64,000 bases of DNA, from NCBI GenBank assembly GCA_958009085.1, contig OY253686.1:558001-622000 (forward strand), written 5' to 3'. Every line of letters begins with the position of its first letter. Position 1 is the stretch's first letter. Positions 25,828 to 37,857 of this stretch are shown piece by piece. The notes under the pieces are model-generated. The model ran no database searches, was not told the origin of the DNA, and was given only the letters and a program-made list of their open reading frames with translations. The DNA comes from Protoeuglena noctilucae (Eukaryota). A program made the position numbers and the translations under genes.

Positions 25828-28800
25828 ATGGCCCCGCGCGACGCCCGGTGCCACACGTTCGACCCCCGCAGGCCGTCCGACATCGGGTCGAAAGGGAAGA
25901 AGCCGGCAGCGAAGGGTTTCACCGACGAGAACGCCAGCTGGCTGAAGCCGAGCAAGGCGAGTGCAGCCGCCGCTGCGCCTGGGGACTAGGGAAGCCCGCC
26001 GCCCCCCGCGCGGCCGCGCCGTCGCCGGGCAGCGGCTCCGGAGCTGATTGACGTGTCAAACTACAGATCGCGGACGGTACCCGGGCCCCGCGACGCCCGC
26101 GCCGGCCGCGGCGGAGGGTGCAGCACGGCGCGCGCTCGCGGCGCCTTCCCGCGACGCGTCCGGCCGCCTCGCGCAGAAACGGCGGGCGGAGGAGATCGCC
26201 GCGGAGGAGTCGGAGTCGGAATTGGAGGATGCGGATGACGGGGACGCGTTTGCGGGGTCGGGGTCGGGTGAGAGCGGGTCGCAGGGCGGCGGCGACGTGG
26301 GTGGGGGTGCCGAGAGCGACAGCGATGGGTCGGACGGCGCCATGGACGACGAGTTTGGGTCCGAGGGTGAGCTAGATGGACGCGATGGGGCTATCTTGTA
26401 TGCTTGGACATCAGCGTGCATGTTGTGCACGGGCGTGAGTGTTTACTTTGTTCTTGCGAACTGTTGTGGGATTCGTGGTTTCGCAGACATGGCCGGGTCG
26501 AGCAGCGACGAGGAGGGAGGGTCGGATGCGAGTGATTTGGATGATGGGGCCTCCAGTGGGGGCGAGGAGAGCGGTGGGGATGACGACGATGGGGATGATG
26601 ACGAGGATGAGGATGGGGATAGGGAGGGTGACACCGATGGTGACGATGATGACGGTGCTCCATTGACGGCGTTCGAGCGGAGGGCTCGTGACTTGGACCG
26701 CAAGCTGAGGAGGGAGAAGGAGGACGCGGAGAGGGAGGCGGAGGAGATGGCCGATGGGATGGAGGTGAGGGGTGGAGATGGGTGAGGGTGAGGTTGTTGT
26801 TGTTGCGATAGTGGGTATGAGTGAGGGTGAGGGTAGCAGTGAGGGTGGCAGTGGGGGTGGCAGTGGCAGTAAGGGTGGGGGTGAGGGTGAGGGTAAGGGT
26901 GGGGTTGGTACAGTTACCACCACCTACCGCTGTGTGCGTGGCGCCACCGTGCGCCTGCTGGCCTCATCTACACACCGCAACCATATGGCCCTTTGGTAGA
27001 TGTAAACACATGATGCATGTGCTCTTATCCGCAGACCAACATTGCGGACGGTCACCACGTGGCCCTGGCCGACGAGGAGGGCGGCCCATCCACGGCGGAC
27101 CTGGCCCTGGTGCAGCGGCGCATCAAGGAGGTGGTACGGGTGCTAGACAACTTCACCAAGCTCAGGTGAGGGGGGCAGAGGGGGTGACATTGGTAGGGGT
27201 GGTGCGGGTGCTGGACAACTTCACTATATTTATGACATCGTTCTATAGTACTATTGCTAATTGCACTTCACATCACCCGCCAATCTGCCCCACTCCCAGG
27301 GAGCCCGGCCGTTCTCGCAATGACTACCTGTCCTCCCTCAAAAAGGACCTGGCCACCTATTATGGATACAATGCATTCATGGTCGACTACATTCTCAACC
27401 TGTTCCCAGTCGCTGAGGCCATCGAGGTGAGACGAGTGACGCGTGTGTGGGTTTGCATATTAGTATAGGTGGTATGCATCGTGAGTTTTGGGATATATTT
27501 TATGAGTATGGGGAGGGATATGCGGTATTCATGATATCACGAGCGCGTAGTGCTGCACGAGTAATAAAATTGTTACTATCCGTTACGACATCAGCACTGT
27601 AGCATGACCAGTACTATTAACTATTCATAACCGCAACCACACCTATCTACCTCCATCTGAATCCCAGTTTATCGAGTCCAACGAGGTCAAGCGCCCCATT
27701 ACCCTCCGCACCAACACGCTCAAGACGCGGAGGCGTGAATTGGCGGCCGCGCTGATCAACCGGGGCGTGAACCTGGACCCGATCGGCAAGTGGTCGAAAG
27801 TGGGACTGGTGGTGTACGACTCCAAAGTGCCCGTGGGCGCTACTCCAGAATACATGGCGGGCCATTACATGCTGCAGGGCGCGTCGTCCTTTCTGCCGTG
27901 CCTGGCCCTCGCGCCGCAGCCGGGGGAGGTGAGGGGAGGGAGTTGGTGTTGCATTCCTCTGATATATGATGGTGTAGATTATAAATGATTATCTGCTTGT
28001 ACTGTTCAGAAAATGGATGGTCAAAGCCGTAAATGGCAGACTTTTGTATTATAGTTTATAGACTAATGTAATAATTACTCGTTTGACTAGTGCTATTTTA
28101 TAACAATACCCATCCCCATTAACCCCCTTCGCAGACGGTGGTGGACATGGCGGCTGCCCCGGGCGGCAAGACGACCTACGTGGCCTCTCTGATGCGCAAC
28201 ACCGGGACCGTCTTTGCCAACGACCCCAGCCGCGACCGGATGCGCGCCGTGGCCGCCAACGTGCAGCGGATGGGCGTCACCAACGCCATCTGCTGCTGCT
28301 ACCCTGGCCAGGAGCTGGTGAAAGTGGTGGGGCCCCATTCGGTGGACCGTGTGTTGCTGGACGCCCCCTGCAGCGGCACGGGCGTGATTGCCAAGGACCC
28401 CTCGGTCAAGATAAACAAGACCCAGCAGGATATCTACGATAACTGCTCCCGCCAGAAACAGCTGATACTGGCGGCGATTGACATGGTGGATCCCGTGTCC
28501 AAGACGGGGGGGTACGTGGTGTATTCCACCTGTTCGGTGTGCGTGGAGGAGAACGAGAATGTCATCAACTACGCGCTCAGGAAGAGGGACGTGAAGGTCG
28601 TGGAGTGCGGTGAGTGAGCGAGGGGTGGGGTGTGAGATGAGTGGGGTGTGTGGTGGGGTGTTAGATGTGTGGGGTGTGGGGTATCGTTGGGGTGGCATGG
28701 GGAATGGACTGCACTCCAGATGTCTTCTAACAACAAATGACTTCAAAACGTGCTATGATAATGTGCTTCTACTCCCTCCCCAGGCCTGGAGTTCGGCCGC

Positions 28801-30292
28801 CCCGGCTTGACGCGTTACCGGGAGTTCCGCTTCCACCCCTCGCTGTCCAAGGCGAGGCGCTTCTACCCCCACGCCCACAACCTGGACGGCTTCTTCGTAT
28901 GCAAGCTCAAGAAGATCAGGTGAGGGATGGAAACACAGAGACAAATGGTTGTAGTACATGCAAGCTCATGAAGATCAGGTGAGGGAGTGCGAGTGCGGTA
29001 TAAGAGAGAGGCAGGGTGGCGATACATGTGGCAATGGGTGCGGCGGGCAGTGAGGCTGGGAACAGATGACAATTACGATCGACAGCTAGGCTATCTACAT
29101 TTATGTTGATTCTATCTCGTCGCAGCAACAAGGTCAAGACGGACAAGGAACGCGGGGCGGGGGCGGGGGTGCGTGCGGGGGCTGACAATGATGGCCATGG
29201 GGGCAGCGACGGTGGGGGGAGTGAGAGTGAGATTGATGATGGTGATATGGGGGAGGGCAGGAGGGGGCAGCGGCCGGACAGCGACGAGGATGGACCGGGT
29301 GAGTGGGGGCCTGTGTGTGTGTGTGTGTGTGTGTATGTGTGTGTGTGCCTGCCTGCCCGCCTGGTTGGTGACCATGGGAGATGGGAGCTGCGCCATATGA
29401 CTTTACGTGTATGGTGTCAATATGGTTGATAATCGATGTCAAATCGTCGTTGCGGCTGCAGGGTCGAGCGACGGGGAGGCGGCGGCGGGGGCGGTGGGGA
29501 AGCGCAAGGGCGGGGAGGGTAACAAGGGTGGGAAGGGTGGCAAAGCTGCCAAAGCTGGCAAGGGTGGCAAGGGCGCTGGGGCGGTGGGGGAGGGGGCTGG
29601 CAGCGAGGGTGGTGTCAGTGTTGCGAAGGCCAAGAAGGTGCCGAAGATTGTGAGGGAGGCGCTGGCGGAGATCGAGGCGGAGAAGGCGAGTGGAGTGGAT
29701 GAGCGTGGGGCAGCTGTTTGTGGGTGCGTGGCGTGATGACATATTGACAGCAAAAATGTCTCTGCTGTGCGCTGGATGACAGCACGTTTGTAGCTGCAAG
29801 ATGCGATGCGATGTTCATCTCACCCCTCGTGCTCTGCAGCGCGCAAAGGCCGGGGCCGCGGGGGCAGGCAAGGGCGGTGTCTCTGGCAAGGGTTCTGGCG
29901 GGCAGGTGCCAGGGAAGGGTGGCAAGGGGGCGGAGGGGGCAGGGGCTGGGAAGGGCAAGGGGGTAAGCGAGGGCAAGGGCGCTGCGAAGGCTGTGGAGAC
30001 GGGGAATGGGAAGGGGAAGGGGAGTGGCGAGGGCAAGGGTGATAAGGGTGGCAAGGCGGTGGGCATCAGTGGGGCTGGGAAGGGTGGTAATGAGGGCAAG
30101 GGCGATAAGAGTGCTTCTAAGGTTGTGGAGGCAGGGAGTGGGATGAAGAAGGGTGGCAGTGAGGGGAAGGGCGGGAAGGGTGCGGGGATGGGGGCTGCGG
30201 GTGGGGTGGCGAAAGCTGGGAACGGGGGTCAGGGGGTGCGTAAGCAGGATGGGCCTGTGGCGAAGAAAGCTAAGAGGGCTGTGAAGGGGTGA
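25828..30292 (+). CDS. NOP2: 25S rRNA cytosine-C5 methyltransferase NOP2/NSUN1 with acidic N-terminus and G/K-rich tail
   Basis: [121 protein letters not shown]. Confidence 0.95.
29313..29347. repeat. (TG)n microsatellite in a NOP2 intron
   Basis: TG run with one interruption. Confidence 0.85.
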
Positions 30293-30614
30293 TGGGTTGG
30301 GTTTGGGAGGTGGTGGGGAAGGGTTAAGGCTTGGAGGGCTGTTGAAATCGTGGCTGGGGTGGTTTGGGAGTTGGTTCGGTGGTATGGAAGCTTACCGCTA
30401 GCTGTAGTCGCGGATTGGATCCGCGGGTTCTATGGTTAGCATTGCGGCAGCTGAGAGACTGCGATTGAAGCGGACGCTCGCGATGGCAGCGCATGCCGCC
30501 AACGACGGCTGGCAACGACGGCGCTCCTCGCATCACTACATGAGGATAGCAGAGCGCTCGACCATTCGACCATTCATACCAGCCATAGTATCGCTCCGCT
30601 CACTAAGCAACCCT

Positions 30615-33600
30615 TTACCGCCCGTAGTGCCGCTCCCTTGACCGACTTCGCACCCGCCCATCCCTGCCCCTCTCCCTGTCCCTCTCCCTATCTCTGTCTC
30701 TCTCATAGCCCCTCCCGCTCCTCTCCCTCTCCCTCTCCCTGTCATCCCGCCCCCTATCCCTATCCCTCCCACTCTCACGCTCCCTCTCCCTCTCCCTCCT
30801 ACCATCCCTATCCCTCTCCCTCTCCCTTTCCCTCCCCCTCCCGCCATCCCTCTCTTTGCCCTCACCCGCACCCCGCCCCTGCCCCTCCCCCCCACGCCCC
30901 TCCCCCATCTCCACATCCCCATCCCCACCCCCCCGCTCCCCGAACCCCACCTCCCCCTCCTCCCCGCCAGCGCCAGCGGCATTGCCAGAATCCGCCAGTC
31001 CAACCGTGTCGCCATTGGCACCCGGCTCCTGTGGCAGCCCACGATCGACGGAAATTGAACCGCAACAATTGCATCATCGGCCACAGTGGGTGTCCATATC
31101 AACTGGTGTCCGCAGGTGTCAATACATGCGCACATAACGTCGGCGGTGCCATCCATGATGAGCCCCTCCACCCACCCCCCTTTCCACCCACCTCGTTCCC
31201 CCCACCCCCCGCCTCCGCCGCCGCCTCCACCCTGGCCAGTCCCTCCATCATGTCCATGTCAGCACCCAGCGATTCGAGAAGTGAAGCAATGAACTTGCGC
31301 TGAGTGGACTGGGCATCCCGGCCGTCCGCGTCGCCCACTTGGCTGTGCATCTGCGGCAATTGGGTGGTGGGGTTGGGTTACAATAAGTGTAAGGTTGGAA
31401 GGTCCATCTGCATCGCCCACTTGGCTGTGCATCTGGGGGAAGAGTGGTGGGGTAGTCGGGTAGGGTGACAATCACAGACAAAGAGCGATTATTGGAGATA
31501 ATTGGAGTCCCCCACCACACTCCCTCCCCACTCCCCACCATCTCTCTCACATCCGCCAGCGTCACCCCATTGCTCTGCCAACACACACCCCACTATTCCC
31601 CCTCCCCCCCTTCCCTCTCACCTCCGCCAGCGTCACCCGCACCGCCTGCAGCGGCAGCTTGTTCTGGTGGAGCAGCTTGATGAGGCGCGTGCGAAGGGGT
31701 CCGTCCGCCGCTTGAAACAGCGCCGCCAGGGACAGGCACAGCTGCTGGAGGGACAGCAGGCCCGCATCCACTCTGGCGAGCAAGGGTGCGAGGAACAATA
31801 ACAACATCAAAAGCATTTGAATTAGGTGAAGGGAGTGGGACGTGGAGACATGCATGAAAACACCCCCACTCTCTCACAACCCCACCCACACCCACACCCA
31901 CCTGGCCAGCTGCCGCATCTCCTCCTCCTCCCCCTCCTCGTCCCCCTCATCGCCGTTTGCCCTCCCCGCATCGAACCTGGCCTGGGCAGCGCGGTCCTTC
32001 TCCAGATACCCCACCACCAGCTCCACCAGCCGGTCGCACTTCTCGTACTCGTTCTCCACGAACTTGGAACTGAGAAAGGGAGATATAAGAAAAAAGAGAT
32101 AACGAAAAGGAGATATTATGACGAAGTTTGACATAGTTTTACGAAGCATGTGGTTAACGAAGCATGGGTTGAGGGGATGGCAGGGTGGGTGGTGGGTCCA
32201 CAGGGTCACCCACCCAGCCATGCGTGCACAACAGCTGCTACACCGCCGCTCCCACTCGCTTCCCGCCCCGTCCCTCACCACAGCCGCTCCTTCTCCGCTC
32301 CCTCCGGCAGCTGCGAGAAGAGGTGGCCGAGCAGAGACACGGCCCGGGCCTCCAGCTCCCGCATCTGCAGCTCGCCCTCGCGGCCCCTCTCGCGGTCCAC
32401 CTTGGGCTTGCCCATGAAGGCGCCGAACTGCGAATGGGCGAGGAAAGAGAGGCGTGTTATTGTTAGAACAGAGTGCTGAGAGGCAGCTGCGGGGAGGCAG
32501 CAGCAAGCTCGGTGACAGCTGCAGCGGCAATGGCCGAGTGCCACTGCGAAGTTGTCAACCGGCGCCCAATTCTCGGATTCTGTACGCACTTGTAACATTT
32601 GCCTTGATCGGATCCCCACGTCTGTCCTCACCAGGGTCTTGAGCCCGAAGATGGTGACGAACTTGGTGCAGGCGGCGGGCGACCGCGTTAGGGCGAAGTC
32701 GATGGCCCGGAAGGCCCCGAACCCGGCCTTGCGCTTCGTCCGCAGAATAAGAAGCATCAGCTCGAGGCCTTCGGCCGCCAGGAAACGCTCCCGGTTCTGC
32801 AATGGCAGGGAGCAGACATGAGCTTAGCGCGTTGGTGTCCACAAGAAGCGAGCCGAGATACGAGTACCTGGCGCTGTCAAACTAATAGAAAATCGTGAAA
32901 TTTGCATTTGCCATCGCGCATCTCGCGCAGCGTGGCTCGAGCAACTGCACACACGCCCCTCACCTCCTGCACCATGAGCATCGAGCAGAGGGCGTCAAAG
33001 AGGTTCAGCATGTACTCCGTCTCCTCCTCCGACTTCGGGTCCTCTTTCCGGTACGCAGAGATGCTCTTGAGCAGCACGAACACGCCGTCCATCTCCCCGG
33101 CCTTGCGGCGGACGTCGTCGCTGCGGGAGAGGGACAGGGAGCGGTGAGATGACATGAAATGGTATGCTGCAAAGAATGGAGGCCACGAAACAGCTGTGTT
33201 CATGGAACAAAAGAGATGTACCCCGCGCAAAGGCATCAATCAAGTCCACAGGATGCCCCGTGACTGCACGACGCATGCTGCTCTCATCCACTCTCCGCGT
33301 GCACCCCACCTCTGCTGGAGGAGCACGGCGAGGATCTCCGAGGCGTACTGCTTGTTGGGGTCGAACCGCTTGGGCTTGAGGCGGCCCAGGATCCACGACA
33401 GGAGGTCCGTGCGCTGCACGAGATGCTCGCCCATCTGGGGCGCCAAGTCCAGGAAATTCTGCAAATGGAAACAGATGTTACATCGACACATGTTCACACG
33501 TGCCAAAGCACGTCACACGTGCCGCCAGACGCAACCCATCCACACCGCCGCTTCCGCGTTCGCATCGCCATGCCCCCGCCCCCGCCTGCCTGCACCGCCC

Positions 33601-34600
33601 TCCCTCACCTCGATCGCCGCCAAAATGTTCTGCACCCCGAGTGCCTCCTCCTCAACCGTCTCGTCGAAGCCGTTGAGCCTCGACGCGAGCGCCTCGAGCC
33701 CCGCCTCCTCGGCAAACCCCGCCACCAGGATCAGCGCGTCGTCGCGGGACATCCCGCCCGCGTCGTCCTCCGCATCCGCGTCCGTCAGCTCCCGCAACAA
33801 GTCCGCCGCGTCCCCCGCGATGTCGCCGTTGTCGTGGCCCAGTAGGCGGACCAGGAGCCGCACGCCGCCCGCCTCGCAAAAGTCGACGTACAGGTCCGGC
33901 ACGCTCGCGACCGCGTGCATCCGGCGGATCTCCTGGAAGCGCGGGACGTTCACGCGGAAAGGTAGGCGGAAGGAGTGAAATTGCGCGCGGGGCGTCTGAC
34001 ACTCCGCGCCCCCAGTCCACGTGCCTGGTCGAGGCTGATCTCCGACTCCATGAACTTGGCCGGCTCGTCCGGGTACTTGGCGCGCATCTCCATGTTCTGC
34101 TCGAGCTTCCGCTCCAGCTGCGCCACGAGGCGCCGCAGGTCCTTGCCATCGGCGATCTCGGCAAGCAGCGCATCGTCGGCGGCCTTCTCCGCCTCGCGAA
34201 GCAAGTCCTCTGCGGCAACAGTGGAGCGAGGGGATAGAGATAACGACAAACAACCGTTGCACGCCCCGAGGCGGGAAGGCGAGGCGGGCTGAGGCGCGGG
34301 TTGGGAATAAAACGTTGCGAGCGCGAACGAGCGGAAAAGCGCGTGCTGCCTGGGTGGATGCGCTTGGCGATGCCCTCACCCTTGTTGTCGGGGATCTCAG
34401 CTTCGGGGTCCGGGTAGTACCTGTGAAGGGAGGCAGCACGGGGTTCATTCAAGCGCATCGCGAAGTGCAACGCGCCGGGACGCCTCCCTGCGCCGTCTCC
34501 GTCATTTGATGCCAGGCTCGCTACTTCCCCGCCTCACCCTGTGCCGGAGGGTCCCGTCCCGAAGAAGTATCCCGGGCGGGGGCCCGTGAATGTCGCCGCC
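30615..34600 (-). CDS. CTNNBL1: Beta-catenin-like protein 1 (Prp19 complex). Start codon not resolved (possibly ATG at 34791). RE/RD-rich C-terminal tail.
   Basis: LERKLEQNMEMRAKYPDEPAKFMESEISLDQ|EIRRMHAVASVPDLY, LLGHDNGDIA, FDPNKQYASEILAVLLQ, EETEYMLNLFDALCS, NRERFLAAEGLELMLLI, KFVENEYEKCDRLVEL, RVDAGLLSLQ. Confidence 0.92.
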
Positions 34601-34886
34601 CTGACAAACTGCATCACGACGATCCCATCCGGCCCACCCAGTGCTCCCCACAACCGAGGAGAGTTTCGGAGTGGCCAGCCCGCTCACCAGCTTCAGCGGC
34701 CGACGGGTTGCAGTGGCACGCTGGCGACTGGCGGTAGGGCCCTCCCGAACCCGAACGGCAGGGGACTGTTCGCGCGCATGCGGCACCTCATCTGCGTCAG
34801 TCGACTGTGAGGAACACTGTTTGCTTCGTATCCTCTCCAACAGCGCGTTCGGGAGACAGCGGCGGGGCAGCAGCCAGAGCCCGGGC

Positions 34887-35576
34887 ATGGCGTCGACCGC
34901 GGCGGGCGAGGGGGACCGGGACGGGGGTGGCAAGGTGAGGATACGGACTTGATGTCTCGCTGTCGCTGCACTGCGCGCGCGAAGGGGAGAGCTGGCGGCG
35001 GCCTTTCTTGTGCAAACCCGGCCGCCTCCATCTGCCCCCAGCCCGACGTGCAGTTTGGCTCCGGGGCTACTTTCCAGCTCAAGGGAGAGGACCACACGCT
35101 GGCGAATGCGGGCGAGTGCCGGCAGCCGTGCCTGGCTGCTCTTGTGAGGCACGCGGGAGGGAAACGAGGCTGTTTCGCGACATTTCCCACAGCGACACGC
35201 GGTCTTTCTGTCGCAGTGCGCTTTATGCTGAACAAGGACCCAAACGTGGAGTTCACTGGCTACAGCATACCTCACCCGTCGGAGCAGGTCGTCAACGTCC
35301 GCGTGCAGGTGACACGTCTGGGCGCAGCAGAGGCCCTGGGCTTGCTATCTCTGCTCTCAGCCTACTCCTGTCAGAGAGAACTTTGCTACGTAAGCAGGAC
35401 GCGAGCATTGATTCGATGCTTCGCCGCAGACCACGGGGCAGGTGTCGGCCCAGCAAGCCCTGCGGCAAGCCCTGCTCAACATCAAGGACGCGTGCGCTGA
35501 GATCAAAGAGCGGTACCAAGAAGCGGTGCAGGAGGCGGAGAGGGCGAAGAATCAAGAGAAAATGGACGAGGATTAG
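34887..35576 (+). CDS. RPAC2: RNA polymerase I/III shared subunit AC19 (RPAC2/POLR1D), 4 exons
   Basis: ATFQLKGEDHTLANA|VRFMLNKDPNVEFTGYSIPHPSEQVVNVRVQ|TTGQ...ALRQAL, stop at 35574-35576. Confidence 0.92.
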
Positions 35577-35604
35577 GCAGTAGAGTCGGTGCTTCCTGTG
35601 TGTT

Positions 35605-35609
35605 TGTAA
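35605..35609 (+). promoter_or_regulatory. Putative green-algal polyadenylation signal TGTAA
   Basis: TGTAA about 30 nt after the RPAC2 stop. Similar TGTAA motifs follow CFAP74 (50933), the ankyrin gene (60163) and Orai paralog A (11920-11916, minus strand). Confidence 0.5.
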
Positions 35610-35869
35610 GCTTGTAGCTATGGCGTGGTCAGTGCCCCCATTCGGGCAGCAATCGGACGCTGGAAGACCCTGTGAATGTGGTGCGTCGATGGCTTTCAGC
35701 CCACACTATTTATGTCGTTGAAACTCGTAGCGACACCCCGCCTGGCCTGTCAGATGCTGTAAGACACACCGACTCCCCACGTAGGCGCGGATCGGCTGGA
35801 TACACGGACACTTCCGCACGCAACTGCACCGCAGACGACGCTCCCTGCGCTCGCCTGCTTGCCCCTGTC

Positions 35870-37752
35870 ATGGCAGCAGCCCTTTACGCCCAGGCCCGCC
35901 CCCTGGGGCGTCTCTCCTCGCGCGAAGAGGCGGCTCCGGGGTGCAGCTACCAGCCTGATGTCAAGGATGTGCGATTGAAGCACCCTTGTTGGCCGCATCG
36001 GGCGCCGCGCGGGTGCAGGGGGACAATGCTTCGGGCCGCCGCGGTCGTGGAGGACGCTGGCCCATCTCTGCTCTCTGCGAGGGACCTTGGGACGAGCGTC
36101 ACGCTCAAAAACGTCAGGAAGGAGTTTGTGATGCGGGGAAACAGGGTGGTGAAGGCCATCGACGACGTGAGCCTGCAGATTAAGCCGGGGGAGTTTGTCG
36201 CCCTTCTGGGGCCTTCGGGTGAGGCTCTCGCAGGGCGCCCAGGCGCCGATGTGTCAATTGGCGCATTTAGTTATGACTGGTATCCCGGGACCGCCTAGCC
36301 GAGGACGCCGCGCTACCGCGAGGGCCCGGCCGCCACGCGCAGGGTCGGGGAAGACGACGCTGCTCCGCATGATTGCCGGGCTGGAGTCTTGCACGGGTGG
36401 ACAAGTGTATTACGGGGACACGGACGTCACGGACATGCCCGTGCAGCAGCGCAACATCGGCTTCTGCTTCCAGTCCTATGCGCTCTTCAAGCACATGACC
36501 GTCGCCGACAACATCGCGTTTGGGCCGCGCGTCAAGGTGACTGCCATGTCATGTCGATGAACTATGCACCGGCGCCATGCATGCGGTGTATCATCCCCCG
36601 CATCCGCGGCGGCGCGGCACAGCAGTCGTGATGCTCTGCTCGCAGGGCCAGCTGAAGGGCCAGGACAAGGAGAAGCTCGTGACGGAGCTTCTGGAGCTCA
36701 TTCAGCTTCCAGAGATCAAGGACCGCTTCCCCGCGCAGCTTTCTGGGGGCCAGCGGCAGCGCGTGGCCCTGGCCCGTGCCCTGGCCCTCCGCCCGCAGCT
36801 GCTCCTGGTGACGCCCGCGGCTCCGGGGAGCGCTTAGTGTGCCCCTTCGCAAACATATTATTGCCAGTGACTGACTAGCAAACCTGCTTTCGCGGCCGCA
36901 GTTGGATGAGCCCTTTGGGGCGCTCGACGCCTTGGTGCGAGGGCAGCTGCGGACGCAGACGCGCGAGTTGCTCCGGAACCTCGGAATCACGACGCTCATC
37001 GTCACTCACGATCAGAGCGAGGCGTTTGAGCTCGCGGACCGCGTCGTGGTGATTAACAGGGGGCGCATTGAGCAAGTCGACACGCCTGCCGAGCTCATCC
37101 GCAATCCCAAGACGCCCTTCGTCACCAACTTCGTCGGCGCCGTGACCCAGGCGAGTCTGCAGCCGAGCGCACGCGTGCACGCGCGTGCAGCGCGGCCTGC
37201 AACACGCGCTGCGGGTCCTCACTGCGCCTGCCACGTACCCTGGCCCCAGGTACCCAGCGACTGCATCCTCGTGCGCCGCATGAACTTCCGCACCTCGAAG
37301 CCACTCGTGCTGGTCCGTCCCGGCGACGTGGAGGTGTTCAGCGGGGTCCCCACCTCGGTGCCCACGGCGGCGGCACAGGTCGAGGACCGGTTAGTCGCGG
37401 GACCCACCGTGCTTTACAGGTGAGGGGCGGTGGAGTTGAACTGCGGCATTGTTCGACATATGACATATCGTTCATGCTGCTCTGCTGTAGCTCAGTTGTG
37501 CTAAGCCGCTGTCATTGTTGAGAAGCTGGGGTCGTGTTGGCCAGGCGTGTGAGCATCTCAACCTCTGGAGTGTTCATGCGGGGCCGCCTGCTTGCCCGCA
37601 GCTTCCGCTTCGACGACGGCGTGGAGATGGAGGTCCCCTTCTCGCGCAACGCGGACCCCATGGTGGAGGTGCAGCAGCGCGTCTACATCCACGTGGCGCC
37701 TCTCACGCTCATGGGCGCCACCAAAGACGAGATCTCCTACTCCTTGAGCTGA
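35870..37752 (+). CDS. cysA: Plastid-targeted sulfate ABC transporter ATP-binding subunit (CysA/Sabc-like), 6 exons
   Basis: Transit-peptide-like N-terminus, Walker [101 protein letters not shown]. Confidence 0.9.
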
Positions 37753-37857
37753 AAACTGATCGCTTGAATACTACAGATACCATACTCGCATGCAGACAAA
37801 ATGCCCTTGTCGGCAGATTGTCGGCACAGGGCACGCGAAATGGTTAGCACCTGAAGA

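Noticed and set aside
1..35576. Possible ribosome-biogenesis cluster (RPA1, NOP2, RPAC2), and similarly the ciliary pair CFAP52/CFAP74
   Set aside because: The genes are separated by unrelated genes. Co-location within 64 kb cannot be told from chance without synteny data.
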